Below, one piece after another: positions 25,160 to 36,400 of a DNA stretch of 64,000 nucleotides. Every line of letters begins with the position of its first letter. Positions within the stretch are counted from its first letter, which is position 1. The notes under the pieces were generated by a model. The model was not told the DNA's origin and did no database searches. It saw only the letters and a list, made by a program, of their open reading frames with translations. Source of the DNA: Narcine bancroftii (taxonomy: Eukaryota); assembly GCF_036971445.1 (NCBI RefSeq), contig NC_091471.1, positions 348,378,001 to 348,442,000 of the forward strand, given 5' to 3'. A program made the translations under genes and the position numbers.

Positions 25160-25460
25160 AGCCAAACACCTGTCCCTGGGGAACATGGGCCAGTTCACCA
25201 AACATCTGTCAACGTGGAACACAGGCCAGTTCACCAAACATCTGTACCTGGGGTATAGGGGCCTGTTCAAAGATCTGTCAACGTGGAACACAGGCCAGTT
25301 GACCAAACATCTGTACCTAGAGGAACATGGGCCAGTTCACCAAGTGTCCCCTGGGGGATCATGGGCCAGTTCCATTAAGTGTCTGTCCCTGGGGGAATAT
25401 GAACCAGTTCACCAAATGTGTCCTGGGCGGGGGAAACAGACCAGTTAACCAAATGCCTGT
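25160..25460. repeat. degenerate about 35-bp tandem repeat
   Basis: Core GGCCAGTTCACCAAACATCTGT, about 8 units. Confidence 0.8.
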
Positions 25461-26086
25461 CACCAGGGGGTGGGGACACTGGGACCCACCGATAAGTAAT
25501 TTCTGGACATTTGGTAAGTTAAAAACCCAGTCTCCACAATTTTACAAATGCAAAATGTAAAACTGTTGCAGTTCTTTGAGGAGGCAACATGTTGAAGGTG
25601 CTGTGTTTGGAATTTTCTGACCATAGTTTTGAGTGAGGTCAACAAAAAAAGGAAAATAGTCGAGCATTTGTGCGAGGTGTACACCAGGGAACAAGGGGCG
25701 CAGTGCCCCCGTTTGGAACATTTTTGAAAATGTACACACAAAATCACCAGTTTCAAACCATTAAAAAACTAGTCATTTTAAACAAAATCAACTGCTTTAT
25801 TTTTTTAAAGTGAGCACATTATATCAGACATTATCATCTGTACGTAGTCTCCAAACCCTTTCCACATCACCAGGCAGTATCTGCTTGATCTATGCTCAAA
25901 CCAGAGTGTCTGGTTCTCCTGACCCCAAGGAGTACTTGCCCGTAACTAGCACCCAGCATGACAAGCAGCACTCCTACCCAAACGTCCTCAATCACCAGCC
26001 AACACCCAACCTTTACCCAATCTCCAGAGTGAGCCCGTGTTCAACCTGAGCCCAGTCTCTAGGCAGCACCCCTGCCCAATGTGCAC

Positions 26087-26388
26087 TGTGACAGAATATA
26101 GATACATTTTTGGGAGATAAATTGGGGGCAGGGTTTTTAGTGTAGGTCACATGCAAACACTTTAAAACAGGTCTTATTTAGGATACTGGAGCTCTGCTCG
26201 TGCTAGACATGTCAGGGCCAACAGCCTTTGCAAAAGCTTTGGAGAGTGCCCAAGAGACTTCACCAATGGATTGTTGTTTACAAAAAGGCAACTGATGAAA
26301 GAGCTTGTCAAAGCCTCATTCTGTCTGGAGTGGAACTTGCTGTTCTAGGAGGGTCATGTGGTTTTGCAAGCAGAGAGAGTCAAACAGC

Positions 26389-26434
<46 letters not shown>

Positions 26435-27252
26435 CAGATCAGTTCTACAGTTTTACCACCAGCAACAGCAGCAGGGACTGGAACAGGACAAGCTGGCAAG
26501 CTTGTGGAAAACCCCATTTGGAAGACGGGTTGTGAGTGCTCCACCTGACTTCACCCTTCCCTTCTGAGGCTCAGAGCCAACCACGGCGCTATTGGTCTGG
26601 CTGCTGCCTGGCCCAAATAGATCCACCCCCTCAGCAGTATCCAAAGGGGTAGACTTGTTACTGAAGGCAATAGCCACATCCTGCACTGCCTGGTCAAAGC
26701 CCTTGTGGTTCATGCAAGAGAAGAGAGGACTGGCTAATGTTTCACTTGGAATAAGAGAAACAAAAAGGCACTCTGTTGTGACCTGAAAGAAAGAGGTTAT
26801 CATCTGGAGAACCCTAATGGGGCAAGTTTCTTCAGCAAGACACTAGAGTGGCTGATTAAAAAGGAATAAGTTGTGGATGTCCTGGAACAACAAATCTCTC
26901 TCTGAAAACCGACAAGAACCTTCCTGAGCAGTTACCATTTACCTTCCAAGCACCAAAGCCTGGTGAACTTTATGAATGTTAAATTCTTTGCACTAATGAA
27001 TTGCCTGCAATTCTTGGAGGAATGAGAAGTGAGATTGGACTGTGAGCCAAAGAACTTTTCTGAACTTACACACACATTACATACACCTGTGCTTCGAATT
27101 AGAAGGGGGTTAAGTAAGTCAATAGTGATAAGTTAAAGTTTGATTCTATTTTCATGTTTAAAGATAATTAAAAGCAACCTTTGTTTAAGTAACCATTTGT
27201 CTTGATGGATATCTATTGCTGCCGGGTTTTGGGGTCCTCTGGGCTCGGAACA
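26087..27252 (+). mobile_element. solo LTR with 4-bp TSD GCAC
   Basis: GCAC|TGTGAC...GGAACA|GCAC; same family as 5001-5985; carries an internal CR1 piece. Confidence 0.85.
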
Positions 27253-27339
27253 GCACCCAAATCCCCAGGCACTAACTACCACCCCTGCATCGGATCTCTC
27301 AACAGTGCCATCCCATCCTGGGCCCAGAGGCAGTGGACC

Positions 27340-27730
27340 TCCTCTGGGAGGCCAGAGGCTCCGTCCCCGGGACCCCATCACCTCCCGCGCCCGCGGGCCC
27401 TCACCGCACCATCCAGTCACAGGTCAACTCCCCGGCGCCATAAAGCGGGCTCACGATTTCCTCCTCACAAGACGCTGCAGCTTGAATTTCACTTGGGGGC
27501 GGGCGGGGGGCTTTTCTCCGCCCGCCGCCTCAGACGCCCACTCACGCAGCGACTCACGGCGCAGGCGCGCCTGCTCGCGCATGTGCACAACCCATCCGCC
27601 TCGGGGGGGAGGGGTTTGTGCGTCATCGATGAGAGGTGGGCGAGCGAGCGTGTGATTGGACGGCGAGTCCCGGCTGGAGAGGGTCATTTCAAATCCGCGG
27701 AAACTTCACAGGCCCGCCGTCCAGGGGGTC
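27340..27730. promoter_or_regulatory. orphan CpG-island promoter-like element
   Basis: CpG-dense. GC box 27495-27510, NRF1-like GCGCAGGCGC 27559 and GCGCATGTGC 27577, CCAAT (ATTGG 27655), CHR TTTGAA on minus (27688-27693) next to CCGCGG. Confidence 0.6.
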
Positions 27731-27837
27731 ACTGGTTACTCGGTAGATGAGTAACTAGTCCAGGACATCGCAGGGATTAGTGACCCCCTCCCCCCACTGC
27801 AATGAGCATTGGCTTGGAGCGAGCGCTGCTCAGATCC

Positions 27838-28020
27838 TTTGGCTTGGCTTCGCGGACGAAGATTTATGGAGGGGGTAAAAGTCCACGTCAGCTGCAGGCT
27901 CGTTTGTGGCTGACCAGTCCGATGCGGGACAGGCAGACACGGTTGCAGCGGCTGCAGGGGAAAATTGGTGGGTTGGGGTTGGGTTTTTCCTCCTTTGCCT
28001 TTTGTCAGTGAGGTGGGCTC
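27838..28020 (-). mobile_element. 5'-truncated RTE-clade LINE 3' end
   Basis: Encodes FPCSRCNRVCLSRIGLVSHKRACS* (C-terminal zinc finger) plus 3' UTR. Confidence 0.7.
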
Positions 28021-28241
28021 AGATCCACCCCAGGTACAAAGACTGACGGCTTCATCGTGTTGCCAGTCCATGATCCCTGCACCTGCCTCCCTTGGTCTCT
28101 GTCCGACAGCACACCCCGGGGCCCATCAATCCACATTCAAGTCCTCGCCCCAAAATCCAACCTTCTGCACCTTTAAACTGCAGCGGCGTTCCTTCACCAC
28201 ATTGCCAGCGCGTCTGCATCGTCGTTCATAACGCATATATG

Positions 28242-28431
28242 ACTGACAAAAGGCAAAGGAGGAAAAACCCAACACCCAACCCCAACCCACCAATTTTCCC
28301 CGCAACCGCTGCAACCGTGTCTGCCTGTCCCGCATCGGACTTGTCAGCCACAAACGAGCCTGCAGCTGACGTGGACATTTACCCCCTCCATAAATCTTCA
28401 TCCGAGAAGCCAGGCCAAAGAAAAAAAGAAG
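28242..28431 (+). mobile_element. 5'-truncated RTE-clade LINE 3' end (inverted partner)
   Basis: Near-identical to the reverse complement of 27838-28009; ends in an AAAGAAAAAAAGAAG tail. Confidence 0.7.
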
Positions 28432-28903
28432 GAAAATTGTTCGGGGCGTTGGGCACTGCTGGTAGCCACACTTTGTTGAAGTATGTCATGTATATTACAT
28501 TTTTAATGTACGACTTCATGATAACAAAAGGAACTTTTGAACTGGTCAACGTTTCAGGTCAGGATCCTTGAACGAGTCTTGAAACATTTCTAACCATGAA
28601 AATTGACTGGCCTGCCAAGTTCCTCAGCAAATTGTGGGTTGCTCAAGGGGTATGAAGAGAAGGCAGGAACCGGGTACTGATCAGCCATGGTCATATTGAA
28701 TGGCGGTGTAGGCTTGAAGGGCCAAATGGCCTCCTCCTGCACCTATTTTTTCTGTTTCTAATATAAAATGAGCAATGTGTGTGTGGTGTGGATCAGTGTG
28801 CTGATTGCAAGGTTTCATTCAGCAGTGGTGTGTACACAGCTCACCAATGCACTTTGCATTCAGTTACATTGAGAAACTGCTACGCAAAAGTTGTTAACAG
28901 CAT

Positions 28904-28909
28904 TTTATT
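28904..28909 (-). terminator. candidate polyadenylation signal of RAB11FIP4
   Basis: AATAAA on the minus strand about 1.4 kb downstream of the stop. Confidence 0.45.
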
Positions 28910-29924
28910 AAAAGTGCAGCAAACAGTGAAATCTTCCTCTCTGAAGAGAAAACTAGAACAGTAAAGCATGAAACTAGTCCCTTCTCTCAACCACCCGGTC
29001 CCAGCTCACCAATGATCTCCCACGCAGCCTATTGGGCTGCACACCCTACCCCACAGCAGAGAATGGAATTCTACAGGAATTCCACACCAGCTGCTCCATC
29101 ATTGTGAAGATCAATTTGATTAACCACAGCATCGAAGAGTCCTGGTGAGAGTCGTGGGTCACAATGTTGGAGTCGGTCCTGATCAGAGGAAGGTGACTGT
29201 TGGTGTTATAAACGTCAGCCAGGGTCCTGGGCAGAGACACCTGCCTCGCAGCTGCTTCAACAATGACCTCTGTCGAACTCGGCTGGAGACAGGCAGTTAC
29301 ACACGAGCCTTGGGGAGTGAGCAATGAAGAGTTGAAATGGTGCACCATCCAGTCTCCTGACTGGGAAAGCAAGAGTTGGGTTGCGACAGGCCTTCAACGG
29401 GACAGATTACAAGCATCATGGAGGGTCAGACTGAGGTTTTGCTGCCACTGTCTGGAGTCAGGGCAGTCCAGTCTGATCCCACTACCAATTCACTGACTTT
29501 TGCCCCAATATCTCGCACCCAGCCAAAGATGACATCCTGGTCTGTCTTGGTCAGTGTCTGTGGTCTGTCTGGGGTGGTGCCTGCAGTCTGTCGGGGTAAA
29601 GTGTTTGCGATCTGTCTGGGATGTGGTCTGTCCAGCGTGGATATGGGTGGGGATCTTAGCACTGTGGGGGTGATGGGTCTGTTGGTGGTGTTGGGGTGGG
29701 TGGGGTATTGAATATGGAGGGGAGGGGTATTGGAAGTGTTGGATCAGTAGGGGGGGTTGGGGGTATGGGGTGGGTGGGGGTGATGGATCAAGGGGTGGAT
29801 GGGGTGTGAGATGAAAGTGTGGGTTGGGGTTTTGGGATGGTGGGGGCAATGGATCTGGGAGGGTGGGTGAGGTAGATCTAAGGGTGGGTTGGGGTGAGTA
29901 GGTATGTTGGATCTGGGGGTAGAG

Positions 29925-30050
29925 GGGGTGTTGGGATGGATGGATTGGGGGGTGTTGGGATGAATGGATTGGGTGGTGTTGGGATGGATGGATTGGGGGG
30001 TGTTGGGATGGATGGATTGGGGGGTGTTGGGATAGATGGATTGGGGGGGG
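29925..30050. repeat. 24-bp tandem repeat in RAB11FIP4 3' UTR
   Basis: GGATGGATGGATTGGGGGGTGTTG, about 5 copies. Confidence 0.85.
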
Positions 30051-30307
30051 GGGGGGTTGGTGCCAGCTCTGCAGTGGAAAGTCTACACCAGGACTCCGGT
30101 CTCTATTTGACTCGTTCACGGGAAAGAGGCACAGACATTAATCTGGACACGTCCCTGCCCGCTCTCCCACACTGGGCACATCCCTGCCTGCTGTCCCTTG
30201 CTGGGAATCTCCCTCGTTGGGGCACTTCTTCGCTGGGTTGCTCCTTTGCCAGGGAGATCCCTCGCCAGGGTGTTCCTTTGATAGGATGCTCCCTCGCTGC
30301 ACAGTTG

Positions 30308-30424
30308 CTATTTTTTGATCTCCAGGATGGAGGGGTTGTGGTCCAGTATGGCCAGGATGATCTTGTCCATGTACTGCCTCAACCGTAGGGTGATCTCCTC
30401 ACGCTCCCTCAGCGCCTTCACCAG
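30308..30424 (-). CDS. RAB11FIP4: RAB11FIP4 exon 15 (FIP-RBD, stop)
   Basis: cag| LVKALREREEITLRLRQYMDKIILAILDHNPSILEIKK TAG. Confidence 0.95.
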   Translation of the reverse strand: MVKALREREEITLRLRQYMDKIILAILDHNPSILEIKK

Positions 30425-33400
30425 CTGCCGGGCAAGGACACATCAAGGTGCTGCTGAGCCAGGCACAGGATAAGTCAGGTGATGCCAGGCCGAGCATAGG
30501 ACATGTCAGGATGCTGCTGGGCCGGATACAGGATGGGGAACAGCAGGGGGCACAAGGTCTACTGAATGGCCCACTCATTCTGGCAGGATTCCCCATGGAA
30601 CACCAGCCAGCTCCTCCAAGTCCCTCCCAGCCTTCCGCCATTCTGGAAAACACTGGGATACCCAGAAAGGGCAGGAACATTCCCTGAGTGGTTGGAGCAG
30701 TGCAGGGTAGGGAAGGAGAAGCTGCAGGAAAGCTCTGTGTCCAACCTTGTGAGCTGCTACAATGTCCCCTCACCCAATTCCACCTGGTACATGGGTTGAC
30801 CATGCCTGGGACACACTTGCTACACAGTGACCACACCTGGGACACGGAGTGACCATGCCTGGGATACAGATTGATCATGCCTGGGACACACCTACTACAG
30901 GGAACAACCACACCTGGGATGTGTGACCATGCCTGCTACTTGGAGTGACCATGCCTGGGACACGACGGCTACACAGAGCAACCACACCTGGGACATACCT
31001 GCTACACAGAGTGACCATGCCTGGGACATGCAGTGAACTCACCTGGTCCCGGCTGGCGGTGTCGATCTCAGACGCCAGACACTGGGCCTTGGTGTGTGCT
31101 GTGAACAGGGTCTTGGCCTCGGTGAGGCTCAGAGTGAGGATCTGGCTGTTCAGCTCATCGTTCTGCTCCTGCAGTCGCACATTCTCCTGTCACACAGGGC
31201 ACAGAACATCAGAGACAGGAGCAGGAGTTGGCCATCTGGCTCTTCGAGTCTGCTCCATCATGAAACAGATCACGGTGATCTGGTCATGAACACAGCTTGA
31301 CTTACCAGACCGTTCCACATCACCATGTGCTCGATTAGCTGCTTAGATTTAAAATTGGGTGGCGTTAACCACCTCTTCCTCCGCCTCTTCATTTTGGTTC
31401 CCACCTCCCCCACCCCCCACAAATCAAGTTTAAAACCTCACCCCCAACAGCATTCATAAACCTCCCTGCTAGGATATTGGTTCCCCTCGAGTTCAGGTAC
31501 AATCCTTCCTACTTGTACAAGTCACCCTTTTCCTAGAAAAGGTTCCAATGATCCAAGCACTTGAAACCCTAAACCATCTCTTCAGCCACACATTTGTCTG
31601 CACTATTTTCCTGTTCTGACCTTCCCTATCTCATGGCACCAGAAGTAATCCAGAGATTACCATCTTGGAGATCTTGCTCTTCAGCCTCCATTATTGGTGC
31701 CAATAAGTACCACAAATTTTGGCTGCTCACCATTCCCTTTAAGAATATTCTGCAGCCACTCAGAGACATCCTGGACCCAAGCCCCCAGGAGTCAACACAA
31801 TATCCTAGTGTCTCTTTTGTGGCTACAGAATCTCCTATCTGTCCCCCTGACTATTGAGCCCCCTATAACTATTGTTCTACCTGACTTCACCCTTCCCTTC
31901 TGAGGCTTAGAGCCAACCACGGTGTTATTGGTCTGGCTGCTGCTTGGCCCAGATAGATCGTCCCCTCAGCAGTATCCAAAGGGGTAGACTTGCTACTGAA
32001 GGGAATAGCCACAAGGGTACCCTGCACTGCCTGCCTCTTCCCTTTTGCTTTCCTGACTGTTGCCTGGTTGTCTGCCTCTTGCCTCTTGGGTGTGACTGTC
32101 TCCTTATGGCTTCTCTCTATCACTCTCCCGCCTCCCAAATGATGCAGAGTTCATCCAGCTCCAGCTCCATTTCCCTTACTCGGTCTGGAAGGAGCTGCAG
32201 CTGGATGCACTTCTTGCAGGTGGAGTTATCAGAGACAACTGTGCTCTCCCAGTTTCCCCATATCCTGCAGCTTGGATCATTCCACTGACCTGGCTTTCAT
32301 CTCCACTACCTACTCTGGGTTGCTCTGCAAAGATATGACCTGACCTTTGCTCACCAAAGCCTCTCCCTGAAACTCACTGCTCCCAACACTGGACCCTCCC
32401 CACCAGTCACTCCCCCTGCCACCCCCTTCCCACTACCCCTCTCCACTAGCCCCTTCCCCTGCCGGTCCCTCTCCTTCCAAGCACACCCCCTGCCAGCCCT
32501 CCACTTCCGACTGCTCCCCACATCCAGCCTCTCCCCTTCTAAACGCTCCCCCACTGGCCCTTCCCCCTGCTGGTCCCTCTCCTTCCAAATGGTCCCGCCC
32601 ACTGCCCCCCCCAGAGAGCCCTGCCCTCCAGCCACTCCTCTTGGCTCTGACTGCAGCCCAGACTCTCACCCTCCTCTCCGCACCCCTCCCTCACCCGCAT
32701 CTCTTCCACACCCTCCCCTCCCCACCCACATCTCTTCCACTCCCACCCACCTGTCTCAGCCTCTTGACCTCATGCTGCAGCTCCAGCTCCCGGGAACGGA
32801 AGGTGAATGTGTACAGGCCATACGACGGGCTATGGGACAAGCTTGAACGCTCCATCTCCAGCTGGAAAACCCTCAGGTGGTCCAGCTCTCTGTGCAGGTC
32901 GTCAATCAGCTGGGGGGATAGGAGAAGGGGAGAGGGGGAAGAGGAAAGGAGGGAGAGACAGAGAGGAAGGAGTAAGAGAGACAGGGAGGGGTAAGAGAGG
33001 AGAGGGGGAAGGGGAAAAGAGAGATGGTGATGGAGAGAGGTGGAAAGAGGGAGAAAAAAGGGAAAAGGGGGGGGGGGAGACACAGATAATGAGTACAGTC
33101 TGTGATTGCTCCGTGCGCCTGACGGGACCAGGCAGTGAAGTTTCTGTGCTCCGGTACTCATCTGAATCCAAGGGACCCCTTGTCCAACCCCATCCTCACT
33201 CCCAACTCCACCCCCCATTCTCACCCCAATCATTGCCACCACCACCACCCCTACCCTCACCCTCATTCTTGCCCCATCCTCACCCCCACTGTTGTGTGTG
33301 AAGGAAAAGTGGCCTCCCTGCCTGTCTGGAATGTGTGTATTGTGGGTGGTCACACGTCCTCCATCTGAAACTTATTTGGAAGTCACATCACCTGTCAATC

Positions 33401-36400
33401 AAGGTTGGATTCCGGACACACATCAGTGCACACCTTGCCGATGGCTAATTTAAATCTCCTAGGGTCATTGTTGGCTAGAAGCACAAATTAGAACTGTAAA
33501 TAACACCAACACACAGCTCATTCTTTCTCTTCGACTCGTGATCCAATCCCTGGACATTGCTCCACGCCAGGTTGCTACTGTGGACATCACTGGAAATGTC
33601 GTGGGTAAGGTGTGCACTACACTGAAGCTGACCTGTAGTATTGCGATAGATCAATACTTGCAGAGAGCCACAACCCTGTTGGTACAGAGAACTGGATGTA
33701 AGAGTGCCTGTTTGTAGTGTGTGTACTCAATTGTGTGAGCGTGTCGAGTACAGGTTCACAATCGTCAGTGTCCAACCTAGGTCCAAGGTGAATGTCTATA
33801 TTGTTGTATAAGTGAAATAGTAATCGAGTAACATTTAATGTTCTCCTGAGTGTTAATTAAAGTTGCATGTGATTTTAACACTTGTGTCCAGACTCATCTC
33901 TCTGTGAACCCAATACTCTTCCGAACATGACCCTCACCTCCACTCCCAGCTTCACTCACACCCCCTCTCTACCTCATCATCATTCCCTCCCCCACATCCA
34001 CCCCAACCATCACCCCACTCCCACCCTCACTCTCCATCCCCTCATCACACCCACCCCTGCATCCTCACTCCCTCCTCTATCCCCCCCCACCATTCCACCC
34101 CATGCTCTCCCTACCTCCCGTGTGGCCTCGTGCTCCATGAGGAACTCCTGCCGGCTCTGCCTCATCCTATCAACCAGCGCCCGATAAACGTCCTGCTCGT
34201 CCTGCAGATGCAGCCACTGCTCCCCCAGCTGCGAGCAGATGCACAGGCGCTCCTGCAATACAGATCTGTCAGCAGTTGTGGCCACAGGGGCGTGAGAGAG
34301 AAGGGGAAGTGGGGTGGGGGAGAGGGGAGGATGGGGAAATGGGGTTGAGGAATGGCGGGAAGGTGGCTGTGTAAGATAGTGAGGATTGAAGGGACGAGGA
34401 TGGAGGGGAGAGGGGTTGGGGAGATGGAGGGGAGAAATGGAGAACAGGGAAGATAGATGAAGGAGTAGAGATGAAGGAATGGAGGAAGGAATGGAAAGAG
34501 GAAGGCTGGATAGCTGGAGGGAGGGGGAAATGAGTAGGGAGTGAGGAGGGTTGTGTGCTTGGGTGAAAAGCAGCTTTAATCGGACTGTCACGTGAGCTGG
34601 TGGGACGCATTGGGGGCTGGGAGGGAGAGGGGAAGAGAGGAAGAGAGAGAGCGAGAGCTGGAGAACATTCCATCGAATGATGCGGTGCTCATCTACCAGC
34701 TACTCCCTCCTCCCACCCTGGCAATGCCCATGTCCAATGCAGGTGTACTAAGCAGCTACAAGGACATTGGGGTCTGCACTTGGGGAATGAAAGGGACCAT
34801 GCAACAATCCAGCAAAGGCCCTTCATCCCGTCTCACTGCTAAACATGACAACACTTTTCCCTCCAACCCCTTCATATTCCCGGTCCATCAAGAAGCCTCC
34901 GAAACACTACTTTTGTACCTGCTTCCACCACTACTCCTGATAGCCTGTCCCAAGCACCCACCACTTTCTGTGTAAAAGGAAAACAACCTCCTCACCACCC
35001 ACCTATCCTCCATGATACGACACAAGCTATTGTCGATGCAATCATGAAGAAGGCTCGCCAGCAGCTTTACTTGGTGAGGTGTTTGAGGAGATTGGGTGTG
35101 TCACCAAGACTCTCAAATATTTCTACAGGTGTACCGTGGAGAGCATTCTGGCTGGTTGCATCACTGTCTGGGGGTGGAGGGGCCAACGTTCAAGACAAGA
35201 AAAACTCCAGAGGGTTGTTAACATGCCCTGCGGCATCACAGGCACCAGACTTCACTCCATCAAGGACATCTACAAGAAGCAGTATCTTAAGAAAGCAGCC
35301 TCAGTCCTCAAGGACCCCCACCACCCGGGCCAAGCCCACTTGGAGATTAGGTACCCAGTCATGTCATCATATACATGAGGACATGGATTCAAGGTGGGGC
35401 TGGGGGAAGTTTACAGGCAATTAAGAGCGCTCAGGAATAGCGGTTTGCAGGGAGAGCCTCTGCAAGGAGATTCGGAGGAGGGAAAGCAGAGGATGGATGG
35501 CCGGCGTGGGCAAGAGGAGCAGCATGAGTGGGGTGGATGGAAGGACAGTTTCCCACTCCCCCCTCAGCCTCACCTGGTCCAGGCGCTGGCTCTGGTTCTT
35601 TAACCGCATGACCATGAGCTGCAACTCCTGTGATTCCTCTTCCAGATGCTGAGCCCTGCAACAGGAGCCATTCGGGATCATGGGGGGGGGGGGGGTTCAC
35701 AGCTCAGGGGTCACGGTCCAAGGGTCATGGGAAGCGTCATGGGGGATTCACGGGAGGGGACATGGCTCGGGGATCGCGGGGGTCACGGCCTTGGAGTTAC
35801 ACCTCAGGAGTCATGCGGGGGGGTCACAGATTGGGGCACTGGAGACACAGGGAGGGTGAGGGAGGAAGGGTGGGGGTGAGAGCAGGAGTGGGTGAGCTGT
35901 GGGTGGGGTTGGGTGAGGTATGGGTGAGGGCAGGTGTATGAGGCATGGGTGGGGGTGGTAGTGGGTGAGGTGAGGGTAGGATATAGTTGAGGGTGGGTGA
36001 GGACAGGACTGGTTATGGGTGTGGATGGGTGGGATGAGGGCAGGAGTGGGAGAGGTAGTTTGGGGGTGGCGTATAGCTGAGGGTGGGTGGTGGTGAGGGA
36101 GAGAGAGGGGAGAAGATGTCCGCGGGCTGACCCAGGCTCTACCTGGAATTGAGGGCCTCGATCTGGGCGTTCTTGTCCAGCTCCAGCTTGGAGAGAAGAT
36201 TCCGGTGCCTCCGCACCTCAAGGTGCAGGGTCTCCTCTGCACGGCTCTCCTGTTCCCTCAGCTGCTCCTCCATGGCGTGGACCCTGCCGAGACCCACCCA
36301 CCCAAGGGTGAGGAGGATCCCTGCCTTAATTCCCCGCCTCCCCATCCACAACTCCGCTCCCCCACCCTTCCCCACTCTCAACTTTCCCTTGCTCAACTCA

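Noticed and set aside
27740-27775. Hammerhead ribozyme at TAGATGAG
   Set aside because: No CUGANGA core and no downstream GAAA.
22000-30300. COPRS, mir-193a and mir-365 expected from human synteny
   Set aside because: No matching coding or hairpin sequence recognised by eye, so none is annotated. Absence needs a profile search to confirm.
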